Assembly: GCF_964355755.1 (NCBI RefSeq)
Contig: NC_092670.1
Location: forward strand, 41,269,588-41,333,587
Direction: 5' to 3'
Source: Antedon mediterranea
Taxonomy: Eukaryota; Animalia; Echinodermata
DNA: 64,000 bases
Shown here one piece after another: positions 12,115-24,390 of this stretch (position 1 is its first letter; every line of letters begins with the position of its first letter). The position numbers and the translations under genes were made by a program. The notes below the pieces were generated by a model that worked only from the letters and a program-made list of their open reading frames with translations, was not told the origin of the DNA and ran no database searches.

Positions 12115-14016
12115 TTTACTCTGATGTTATTAAGATGGTATGATTTGCTGTCTACATTGCTGTTGGTGTATTTGATATTAATAGGCCATATTAGTATTAC
12201 AATGATTAAGTAGCCGTTTCGATATAAATATTCATAGAATGACGTTAGACTACAATATTTATAACAATGCTACTGATTTTTTTTCGAAATTAATGTATAT
12301 ATGTGTATATTTATGACGAAACATGATTCTATAGTGAATATTAAACAAACTTCACAGTACCACACATTATTCATAAACACCCGCTGAACACCAATAAAGA
12401 CGCCGCAATACATTTGAAAAAAATGACCGAAGCAAAACGTCAATAAATAATGACAATACTTGACAGAAGTTGAAGCATAGAATAAGCCTAATAAAGACAT
12501 GCATCTTTTCTTAGAAATTATACGGCACTAAAATTTTGATTAAAACAAATTTATGATAGAAATGTTATATAAAATCTCGAATTTGATGTTTTACTGTACA
12601 TAATTGCTTTTATTTTTATTAACATAATTTGTGTATTAATATACGGTATATGAAACCCTGAAATTCACCAAAGAATCTGAAATGTTGGGTCCTCCTCGAC
12701 TCATAGTGCTGAGTATTATTGGCTATACTTGTTGCGGTCGATTGACGTAGTATAAATTGACAGAGAGTACATTCACAATATTGTTCTGCATTATAACCAA
12801 TCAAAAAGGTTGCTTGTGGTCAAATGACCTAATATCGTGAAACGTCAACGTTAAAACAAAGTCAACACTAAACTTTATCGTACAATACATGGTGTCACCT
12901 GCGTCTACGCAAATCAAACTATTGGAATTACTAGGTGTTTATTGTGGTGAAATTCGTAGTTTTCGAATTCAGTAAAACAATAGTCGGTAAGTAATACAAT
13001 CATTATGTTAAAATTTATCTCTAATTTTTAAGTTAAAGAATATTTCTTGCCGTAAAATTGCCTTCTTTATTCAAAATAGTTTTTTTAACGGATTGTGGAA
13101 TAAACTAAACTGAACCATATTAGTTTTAATGTACCATAAAGTTTTCTTTAAAGGCAATAAGGTTATTATGGATTGATAAATAATCATCATAATACCGTAT
13201 GGACTATATCTTCATTGCCCCAAGTGATTGCTATGTTCAAAATGATCTGATACCATTTAAATATAGTTTTTTCTTTAAATATTCATTATTATATTTATTT
13301 TTAAACTGTTTTTTTAATATGCTGCAATAGCTTTTGCAGCTTGTACTATGGACGTGATTCAATCAAAATAAAATCAAATTTGTATTGAATTGATAAATGA
13401 GCGTTCTCGATAATTTTTGTTTCAATGTCGTTCATGCATGTCTTCTTTTTCAAATTAAGGAATAACCGTCTCTATGCCAGAGTTGTTGTTATGTATGAAC
13501 ACATTTTATTATAACGCTATTAAAGCCTGGAACAATTATATTCCTGTTTGTATAGGCCTAAATAAATCGTCCAACATAAAACAGTATACTTTTAGACAGA
13601 CTCTAAAATCATATTCTAAGGGTACAATACTCCCATAATCTGGAGACACTGCCTTTTAACTGTATTTTGTGTCTTTACTTGAATTTGTATGTTCAAAAAA
13701 TGTTAAAACCATTTTTTTAATAAAGATTGTTAACATTTTAACTCATAGTTTTTTTTTACGTCTTGGATTATTGATTTTGAATTTCTTCTTTTACAATTTG
13801 TGTATGGAAGTACTGTGCAATTTGTTTTTCGTGGTTTGGACCCAAAAGGAATTCAGTATTTTACTTGTTGGTATCAACTACTACTGTTGTACTGATTTTA
13901 AAATTGTTTTATATGTTTATATTGTACGTATCTGTGTGACTCTAGTTAAAGTAAATCAATCAATCAAATTAAGTGGTTTAGTGCATTCATTGTTAAAATG
14001 TTATTTTTTAGATAAA

Positions 14017-14470
14017 ATGGTAAAAAGAAGTTGGTGTTATTTATTGTGCTTAACAATGTTCCTCACATGTATTCTTACAACTGATGCTATTCTAGGTGTA
14101 AGTATACTTTTGAAGAAAAAACAGAATGATAAAACAAAATAAAAATCAATCTAATTGGATTGGACGTTTTAATTACCGATTAAAAACAATTGTTTTATTT
14201 AATTTTGTTTAGTCAAGTAGAAGACGACGATCATCAGCGAGTCATTCAAAACGAATTCGAAGAGAAGAAGAAGTAATGATTGGAGTAGCACCAACGTACG
14301 ACCCAAAACAATCGGCTAAAATGGATGAAATCAAACAGGAAGTAATTATTGGAGTAGCACCAAGGTACGACCCAAAACAATCGGCTAAAATGGATGAAAT
14401 CAGACATTTTGTAAAGGAAGGCAAAATAAATATAATCAATAATACATCTACGCCGCTACAAGATTCGTGA
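14017..14470 (+). CDS. Small secreted prepropeptide-like protein (112 aa)
   Basis: Exon 14017-14097 (MVKRSWCYLLCLTMFLTCILTTDAILG, signal-peptide-like; donor GTAAGT) joins exon 14213-14470 in phase 0 (SSRRRRSSASHSKRIRREEEVMIGVAPTYDPKQSAKMDEIKQEVIIGVAPRYDPKQSAKMDEIRHF...QDS*). Candidate non-coding exon donor GTAAGT near 12987; AATAAA near 15575. Confidence 0.72.
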
Positions 14471-14602
14471 TTTCTCATGTATTTTCCAAAAAGGATAGTG
14501 AATAATGAAACAATGAATTACTCTATGTCGGGGAGAATATCGCAAACCACGGATGGATAATTGACGTTATATGAGTAATCCTTAAAAACTGATGTGAATG
14601 GT

Positions 14603-15222
14603 GAAATATTCTGCTGATGAAGTTCCGACCGTTCGCGTATATAGTATACGTGCTACCCGTGAATCCGTCCTGAGTAAGCCTATTAATAATGAAATATATG
14701 CTGCTGATGAAGTTCCGACCGTCCGTATACAGTATACCGTTAAACGTGCTACCCGTGGATTCGTCATGAGTAAGCCTATTAATAACGACATGCACGTTTT
14801 GTCTGCAGACGAAGTTTCGACCGTCCGTATATCAGTATACCGTTAAACGTGCTACACGTGGATCTGTCCTGAGTAAGCCTATTAATAACGAAATATATGC
14901 ACGTTTTCTCTGCTGATGAAGTTTCGACCGTCCGTATACAGTATACCGTTAAACGTGCTACCCGTGCATCTGTCCTGAGTAAGCCTATTAATAACGATAT
15001 ATGCACGTTTTCTCTGCTGATGAAGTTTCGACCGTCCGTATATCAGTATACCGTTAAACGTGCTACCCGTGGATCCGTTCTGAGCAGGTCTATTAATTAT
15101 AACGAAATATGCTGCTGATGAAGTTCCAACTGTCCGTATACAGTATACAGTACCATTAAACGTGCTACCCGTGCATCTGTCCTGAGTAGGCCTATTAGTA
15201 ATAACTAAATATATGCTGCTGA
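14603..15222. repeat. ~90-107-bp imperfect tandem repeat x~6 in putative 3' UTR
   Basis: Unit tgctgatgaagtt(c/t)cgaccgtccgtatacagtataccgttaaacgtgctacccgtg...gagtaagcctattaataac. Confidence 0.92.
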
Positions 15223-15871
15223 TAGAGTCTTAACTGAAATAACGGATCTTGTGAATGATGTACTGTTTGTTTCGAATTTTGTTTATAGGCATTACTCCTA
15301 CATACGTTTTAAATGTTGTCATTCATCATCATTAATTATGTTTGTCTAATTTAATTATTGCCTGTCTAATTGGAGAGCGCACGCGGCCCACATGCCACCA
15401 TCCGTACCATTAATGTTACGAATACTGTGCATATCATGGACTTGGACTTGTACATGGACTCAGATAATGATAATTGATCCGAAAGGGTGAATGTATATAA
15501 AATCATGTAAATAAAGATATAACATATTTATAAAAGGATTCGTAATTATTTAAATCAGTGTTGGTTTTAGCTTTAATAAACGTGTACCAATCAATTTGTA
15601 TAGTAAATACCGGTTAATACTAATTGCTTACCGTAATGATTTATATAAAAACAGAACACTAACCCTCTACGGAACAACGCTCATCGTTCAATGCGTCCAT
15701 TATTCATGCATGGGGTGCATTCGTCCTAACGGTTTTGACGTCATACAGTTATACGTAATGTGTACGTATGTACGTGTTCGTAAAATTAGCACACATTGCT
15801 GAATGGCCTACACTCGTTTCTGTACAAACTAAACATTTTTATAGATAGACCAATACTCAATGTAACGCGAA

Positions 15872-15983
15872 ACTCGGTGATTTCAGAGCCGCCAATGTAG
15901 TGGGTTCCCGTCTCGTTGCGTTTTCTCAACTCGGTGATTTCCGGGCCGCTAATGTAGTGGGTTCCCGTCTCGTTGCGTTTTCT
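15872..15983. repeat. 57-bp direct duplication
   Basis: aactcggtgatttc..gccgc.aatgtagtgggttcccgtctcgttgcgttttct occurs twice. Confidence 0.9.
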
Positions 15984-16579
15984 TTCTTAATTCTAAAATG
16001 TACTATTATAATATTGGCTGACGTCTTTATGTTTGGAGAAGAATAAAATGTACTGTACGTGTGGTTGTTCAGTAAACAGTATTCAACAGGAATCTATAAG
16101 TCGTTATTTGGGTTCATGTTGAATCGACTAGGCATGACTAAGGGCGGCTCATGTTAGCACATAAACCACAGATGCACCGAGACTGTGAAATAAAAACAAT
16201 CATTGAATATTGATAGTATATACAATTCCGAGTCCACATAATAAAACAAATGTGGATTAATCAATTACTCCAATTTACTGTGAGTCCTTACGTAGAAATG
16301 ATCGGGTTTTCAACACTCAATAGGCGATCGGTCTAACAGACCATGAATGACACACGTCGATGACAAACGAAATGTAAACATTGAAATTGCCTATTTAACC
16401 GTATTTTATGCCTGATTACAGAAATAAAATACAGCTACCTTTCATTACAAAAAAAGATTGAGTGGAGAGACCAGTTTTTATCCTGTGTTACCATAATTTG
16501 CCGATATATAGTACCGTACTGTACTGTTATTAGGTTATACGGTAACGGTATTTATACCAAACTGCGCACGTCTAAAATC

Positions 16580-19500
16580 ATGTTTCGAGTTCCACTTTAC
16601 ACACAATTAAGAGTTGTATTGGTGTTGGTATCTTGGGTAAGTATGCTGCATATTTGTTGTAAAGATGTAATCAAGCACACGTCTAAAGAAAGGTTTTGTC
16701 GGTATTGAATTGAAGCAAGACAACTATTATGACGAACATTCAACAGCCATGAATCATGATAAATATTTCTTAATTTGAGTTGAAATACTCTGGGGTCTTA
16801 CGACGATAGCCTAAATCTGACGAAATAATATTAAATTGATCATATAGCGCCGATAAGTAGACCGATATAATTTAGTAGGAATAGAATTGTTACATTATTA
16901 ACTCCATAACCAAATAGGCCGATACTTTATTTTTACATTATTAACTCGAAAACCAAATAGGCCGATACTTTATTTTTACATTATTAACTCGATAACCAAA
17001 TAGGCCGATACTTTATTTTTACATTATTAACTCCATAACCAAATAGGCCGATACTTTATTTTTACATTATTAACTCGATAACAAAATAGGCCGATACTTT
17101 ATTTTTACATTATTAACTCCATAACCAAATAGGCCGATACTTTATTTTTACATTATTAACTCGATGACAAAATAGGCCGATACTTTATTTTTACATTATT
17201 AACTCGATGACAAAATAGGCCGATACTTTATTTTTACATTATTAACTCGATAACAAAATAGGCCGATACTTTATTTTTACATTATTAACTCGATAACAAA
17301 ATAGGCCGATACTTTATTTTTACATTATTAACTCGATAACCAAATAGGCCGATACTTTATTTTTACATTATTAACTCGATAACAAAATAGACCGATACTT
17401 TATTTTTACATTATTAACTCCATAACCAAATAGGCCGATACTTTATTTTTACATTATTAACTCGATGACAAAATAGGCCGATACTTTATTTTTACATTAT
17501 TAACTCGATGACAAAATAGGCCGATACTTTATTTTTACATTATTAACTCCATAAAAAAATAGGCCGATACTTTATTTTTACATTATTAACTCCATAACCA
17601 AATAGGCCGATACTTTATTTTTACATTATTAACTCGATAACAAAATAGACCGATACTTTATTTTTACATTATTAACTCCATAACCAAATAGGCCGATACT
17701 TTATTTTTACATTATTAACTCCATAACCAAATAGGCCGATACTTTATTTTTACATTATTAACTCCATAACCAAATAGCCCGATACTTTATTTTTACATTA
17801 TTAACTCGATAACAAAATAGGCCGATACTTTATTTTTACATTATTAACTCGATAACAAAATAGGCCGATACTTTATTTTTACATTATTAACTCGATAACC
17901 AAATAGGCCGATACTTTATTTTTACATTATTAACTCGATAACAAAATAGGCCGATACTTTATTTTTACATTATTAACTCCATAACCAAATAGGCCGATAC
18001 TTTATTTTTACATTATTAACTCGATAACAAAATAGGCCGATACTTTATTTTTACATTATTAACTCCATAACCAAATAGGCCGATACTTTATTTTTACATT
18101 ATTAACTCCATAACCAAATAGGCCGATACTTTATTTTTACATTATTAACTCGATAACAAAATAGGCCGATACTTTATTTTTACATTATTAACTCCATAAC
18201 CAAATAGGCCGATACTTTATTTTTACATTATTAACTCGATAACAAAATAGGCCGATACTTTATTTTTACATTATTAACTCCATAACCAAATAGGCCGATA
18301 CTTTATTTTTACATTATTAACTCCATAACCAAATAGGCCGATACTTTATTTTTCAGTGCTGGTTTTGTAGAAGTCAGGGTAAGTGAAATATGGATTGAAT
18401 ATTAGGCCTAAAATATAATCAACATTGAATGGTTCGAGTTGTAGTTTGGTATTTTTGGGTTATACAAGGTAATATATCAGATCTCAGATGTTGAAATGTA
18501 TCTTGTAAATATTGCTAGTATGTGATCCTCGGCCGTGTTTAAACTATGGTATTTGTACCGAAAATCAGGATGGTTCGTTTACATGTGACTGCCGAGGTAC
18601 TGGATATCTAGGAGAAACTTGTAACATAAGTGAGTATCGTGTTTATTATTATGTTTAAACTATGGTATCTGTACCGACAATCAGGACGGTTCGTTTACAT
18701 GTGACTGCCGGGGTACTGGATATTTAGGAAAAACTTGTAACATAAGTGAGTATCATGTATTTTATTCCAAAAAATGTTGGTAACAATGATTAGGCCTACT
18801 GACTGTTGATAATGTCTATTATAAACTTATGGATGATGATGTAATAATAAAGTAGCACACAAGAAACAACCGACATAACGTCCTATAAACTGATGTACGT
18901 TTATGTGTAGGAAATCCATGCGTACCTTCACCATGTCGAAATTACGGAGTGTGTTCAATTGTTGACGATGAGGCATATTGTTCGTGTGGTGGCACAGGCT
19001 ACGTTGGAGAATTATGTAACGAAGGTGCGTAATACTATTATAGTGTAACATTATACTTAATTTTAATGATACATACTTTTTTGTGGAGTTTAGTAATTTT
19101 GTTATGTTAAATAAATAATAATAAATACGTATAATGAATTGCGATAATAATAAAGTTCAATACCAGTAATAAATAGGAATCTATGAATATATTTGATGTG
19201 TCTTATTTGACAAAGATAAGAAGACATAATTACATTGCAATTTTTATTATCATCGATTCATACTATCAAACCCTGATTAAAAAAAAACAACATTATTTTA
19301 ATGTACTTAAATTTTGTTAGACGATCCATGTTCGCCTAGTCCATGTGAGAACAATGGTGATTGTGTTCGTAATGGTTCTGCCTCCTTTATATGTGAATGT
19401 GCCGGTACTGGATACAGGGGACATCTCTGTCGAGAGGGTTAGTATACATGAATGTTAACATTGTTCTGCCTCCTTTATATGTGAATGTGCCGGTACTGGA

Positions 19501-21418
19501 TACAGGGGACATCTCTGTCGAGAGGGTTAGTATACATGAATTGTTAACATTGTTCTGCCTCCTTTATATGTGAATGTGCCGGTACTGGATACAGGGGACA
19601 TCTCTGTCGAGAGGGTTAGTATACATGAATTGTTAACATTGTTCTGCCTCCTTTATATGTGAATGTGCCGGTACTGGATACAGGGGACATCTCTGTCGAG
19701 AGGGTTAGTATACATGAATTGTTAACATTGTTCTGCCTCCTTTATATGTGAATGTGCCGGTACTGGATACAGGGGACACCTCTGTCGAGAGGGTTAGTAT
19801 ACATGAATTGTTAACATTGTTCTGCCTCCTTTATATGTGAATGTGCCGGTACTGGATACAGGGGACACCTCTGTCGAGAGGGTTAGTATACATGAATTGT
19901 TAACATTGTTCTGCCTCCTTTATATGTGAATGTGCCGGTACTGGATACAGGAGACATCTCTGTCGAGAGGGTTAGTATACATGAATTGTTAACATTGTTC
20001 TGCTTTATATTATGTGAGTGTGCCGGTACTGGATACAGAGGACATCTCTGTCGAGAGGGTTAGTATACATGAATTGTTAACATTGTGTTAAGCACGATTC
20101 GTTCAAAAAATAGTTCATAAACTTACAATGGACATGTTTTTGATATTATAGACGATGTGTGTTCTCCAAGCCCTTGTAATGGTGGAGTTTGTTCTTATTC
20201 TGACAAACAACCTGGTTTTACCTGTGACTGTCAAGGAACCGGAAAGCGAGGACAACTATGTGATGAAAGTAAGTGGACGTGTGTGACGTCACGTTGGACT
20301 TGTGACGAATAAGCGTCCTCATCCTCTTCACCATTACAGTATTATGATTATTTGTTATCACAAGGATACATTTTATTTATTTCAGACGACTCGTGCAGAC
20401 CAAATCCGTGCAGAAATTATGGTTTATGTGAACGTCTTTCGGAAACGGCATTTAAATGTCACTGCAATAGCACATCATACTTAGGAGATTTGTGTGACGA
20501 ACGTAAGAACATTTTGAGATGACGACAGATTCACGACATCCTGATATTATAACTTGTTCGAAGTTACTTAGCCTAATAAGTAGTTAATATAATAATTAAT
20601 AATATTGATTTTTGCTTTTGCAGCTGACCCATGCTACCCGTCACCTTGCTACTATGGAACGTTTTGTAGAAGTTTTTCGCTGACGGATTATATATGTCTG
20701 TGTGACGGCACAGGTTACGCTGGTGTTCATTGTGAAAAAGGTTCGCACTCCACTAGTTATTGACATATTTTATAAAACTTGCAGTTCGAAGTGCCTAATA
20801 CGGTAATAGCACTGCTAGAAATACAATATATTAGCAGATAGGGAATCTAATTTTAATATACATTTGATTTTAGACAACCCATGTATACCGAATCCCTGTC
20901 AAAATGACGGAACGTGCAGGTTAGACGAGGAGTATAACATGTTATGTAACTGTACGAAAGGATTTGAAGGCAGTACATGCGGCAGTAAGATTTAATTATT
21001 CATTATTAATATTACATACATTATAATATTGAATGTGTAAAACGGACATTACATGATTTTTCTCTACAAATATCGTTTCTGGATCTTTCAATTTGTAACA
21101 GATATTAGCTTGACATCATTGTTAATCTGAGCGTATTTTATTTTTTTAGTAGGCCCACCCAAAATAATGGAAAGCACTACGGAAATGACCACGAATTACC
21201 GCATTTATGACGTCACCAAGACGCCATGGAATACGGATGACGTCAGAACGAGTGACGCTGTGAAATCTACGAATGACGATAGAATGATAACAGCGAGCGA
21301 GGAAACACTGCCACCAATCGGTCAATCACCACCCACTGGTGTTGGAACGTCGTCTATGTTAAAATCACATCTTTTAGTTATTGTTATTTTATATCATTTA
21401 ACGGTTACGGTACAATAG
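16580..21418 (+). CDS. Cell-surface/secreted protein: signal peptide, 7 EGF-like domains, Ser/Thr-rich stalk, hydrophobic (GPI-signal-like) tail
   Basis: Exons 16580-16636, 18357-18378, then seven phase-1 six-Cys EGF exons (18519-18629, 18911-19024, 19321-19437, 20152-20268, 20386-20502, 20624-20740, 20874-20984), e.g. CDPRPCLNYGICTENQDGSFTCDCRGTGYLGETC. Last exon 21150-21418 has a TAGTAG tandem acceptor and ends HLLVIVILYHLTVTVQ*. Confidence 0.88.
16890..18353. repeat. 43-bp intronic minisatellite, ~34 copies, ending in the 3' splice site
   Basis: Unit ttacattattaactc(c/g)ataac(c/a)aaataggccgatactttattt; last copy runs into tttcag|exon 2. Confidence 0.97.
19375..20086. repeat. 89-bp tandem repeat x8 spanning an EGF exon 3' half and its donor
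   Basis: Unit gttctgcctcctttatatgtgaatgtgccggtactggatacaggggacatctctgtcgagagg|gttagtatacatgaattgttaacatt. Confidence 0.97.
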
Positions 21419-23435
21419 GCCCATTAAAACCTCATTGGCACAATGTTGCTAAATGTTGATTTTTAAAGATTCAATATAGGCGGCCTAATATATTACTATT
21501 ATTATATATGCGGAATTATCAAGTAGGCCATGTGACTGTTTTCAATATTTTATTATTAATTAGTTACTCAGGATTCAATGTATTTTAATACATTTACTGT
21601 ATAGCATATTGATTATTATGATTATAGAATTATTTTAATGGTTTAACAACCATTTGTTTTTCAATAACCGATCGAGAACTCTAAACAATTTTCGCTGACT
21701 CGCACTTTTGGTACAATATTAGTGTAGCTACACTTCTTACCGACTAGCATAATAGATTGCAATTAACATTACACGTGGGGCGTTGGCTCCAACGAATCGC
21801 ATGCTTCGCTGGTTTGCAGTTTGTACCCATCAGACAGACGTTTATAATAAAGTACACCCATTAGTACTTAGACTGTATTAAATTGATAATCCTATAGAAT
21901 ATGTTTTACAACTTTTAGCACTCAATTAAATTCTTGTTATGATTTATTCATTGTGTGACTTTCATTTCAACCTCTGATTTTTTTTTCCTACAATATTGAG
22001 GCATTTTGTGCATTTTGATACTGGAACTTCTTTCAAGTTTCATGAAAATGTGTTAAAAAGCTGAAATTTGCCAAAATGCTCAAAATGGATGAAACGAACC
22101 CAAAACCGATTTGAGGCTAATTTGTAATATTTATTTTTTTCACGAAAAAAAATTCGCCAGAATTTCGAAGCAGCCCAGCTGAGAGAAATCAAACCAAAGC
22201 ATTACCCGTTCGCCACTATATACCTCCATGATCTGATGATGTCGTGGAACCGACCCCAAGGCGCGGCTGTTAGGACCCGGTGAAAGAGCACTAAAACATT
22301 TTCTTCCGTGGCTGTGCCAGTCGGACGTAAAAATTAGTTACATGTGTAACTTTACATGTGTAATCAGTGATCGTTCGGACGATGAACAATTTACATGTGT
22401 AAACTAACAAAAAAATACCCAGCAGGGTCATATTTCATGCATCTCTTTACACTAAGGTATTATCTTGCGGTTAATCAGCTTGCGGTTTAATAATTAAAAA
22501 ATCCACCTCATGAACCATTACACGTGTAATTGTTCCGTCCGAGTACGTGTCTTATACTAGACTTGCCCCAAGTCTGTATTGTTTTTTTTTTATTTATTTG
22601 TTTTTATTTCGACCGCGATTTTTGTCTGAAAATCCCAAGTCTGTATTGTTTTTTTTAATTTATTTGTTTTTATTTCGACCGCGATTTTTGTCTGAAAATA
22701 CAGACTTGTGAAACGTAGGTTATCATACCGTATTTGGCTATATGTAAATGTGGATTTCGAATCAACCAATGATCATTTTGTTTCAAAATGAAAAAGATCG
22801 AGTAGGCACACGTACAGTGCTGAATGTACGATCGAGACTGTTAAAATATGAAATCGTGTTGCCAAGTTGTTTTGTTTATTAATTGTTTAGTGCTTAGCCT
22901 AGGCCTCCTCCGTAGGTCCTACTCAACTCGCACGTATGACCTGCCAAATAAAACGCCAACAAGGTAGGCCTACATAATACTGTACCACCACCGGCACACA
23001 TAACAACAGGATTCACACACAACAGACAGGGCTACACCACTACACAGAACAGGACAGGGTCTGGGTGCCCGTCTGGGTGGGAATTAAATCAAATTTTTCC
23101 GCGTAATATTAAATCAGGTAGATGTAAATTACTAATTAATCTCCCTGATTAAATTATCCATATAAAATCCTTTCTAGCCTTCAGAAACTGTCATCAATGT
23201 ACCCATGGATTAAAGATTCTTTAATCCATGATGTACCCAAGTACACATTGTCTAAACGTAACATAGCGCATGCGTACCATCTTAGTTGTTGAGTATCTGA
23301 AATTCTGAAATATGAATATTAAAACGGTGTACGAGTGATTAGCCAATCGCATGCAGCTGAAACTAGTCAACCGGATAATCTATGCACCAAGAATTCTTGG
23401 TGTCAAACCACGTGACTTTTGCGTGGTTCCCCCAG

Positions 23436-24390
23436 CCGGCCGCGATTTTTTTTTTCGTACATAAGTTGGGGACCCCTCATGAAACGTCACAAAATTCACA
23501 TGAATAATTCATCAGTTAAATTTTCTTGTTCCGTGTGCACCCAAGCGTATATAGCAACAAGAAGTGATTACACAAGTGCGGTACGATTCTAGGCCTATCT
23601 CCGCTGTTGTTGCGGCGTGCAATTTCATAGAAGAATAGCGGCGTTTTGTGTGGATTGTCGAAATAATCAGCCTTTAGTTTATGGTGTTTTTAATATAATT
23701 TATTACTAAAGAATTACGTGTTAAAATTATAGTTTCTATTAATACTATTAGGCCTAATTTAGTCTCTAAACCCATGTCTATTCTAGTAGTAGTAGCTGTG
23801 TGTGACGTGTGTGTGTTAGGTATGACCAAAGATTATAAGATAGTTACACTATCTTTGGTATGACACAATCCGAGTAATAAGTCAGCAAAATTAAACAATA
23901 AACATTACACAAAAATACATTTTTTATTCTCGTGGGTCAAATCTTCCCATCTCATGTGTTCATATACGCGCATTTTTAAAGTTCCTTTGAGTACATGCAT
24001 ATTGTTTGATAATAAAATAGCAGAATTAAAAAAATACAGTACACAAAAATTATACACATTCTTTATTCTTGTGGGTCTAAGCTTTCTTTGGGCTATGTCC
24101 AATGAATTACTACTTAGTTTAATGTCTTGCCTAGCTGTCGATTAGCCTCGACTCGACACATTTGGTGTGAAGAAGAGTGCGCGAAGGCAATCACGTGAAT
24201 TGACTTAGAATCCTAGGCCTACTGTAGAAAGTATCGTAGCGCAGTAAGTTGTGACGTGTAATCACTTCTTGTTGCTATACGCTTGGGTGCACACGGAACA
24301 ACAAATTTAACTGATGAATTATTCATGTTTATTTTGTGACGTTTCATGAGGGGTCCCCAACTTATGTACGAAAAAAAAAATCGCAGCCGG
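23436..24390. mobile_element. MITE with ~140-bp TIRs, inserted in copy A
   Basis: Ends CCGGCCGCGATTTTTTTTTTCGTACATAAGTTGGGGACCCCTCATG... and ...CATGAGGGGTCCCCAACTTATGTACGAAAAAAAAAAATCGCAGCCGG; CCAG on both sides (4-bp TSD). Confidence 0.88.

Noticed and set aside
13669-14142. 157-aa ORF as a complete gene
   Set aside because: Non-ATG start in T-rich intron; only 14017-14097 is bounded by splice sites.
14603-15222. Tandem hammerhead ribozymes (CTGATGA...CGAAA)
   Set aside because: About 75 nt separate the core motifs with only a 3-bp stem II; there is no valid UH cleavage triplet with stems I and III, and motifs are not kept in all copies.
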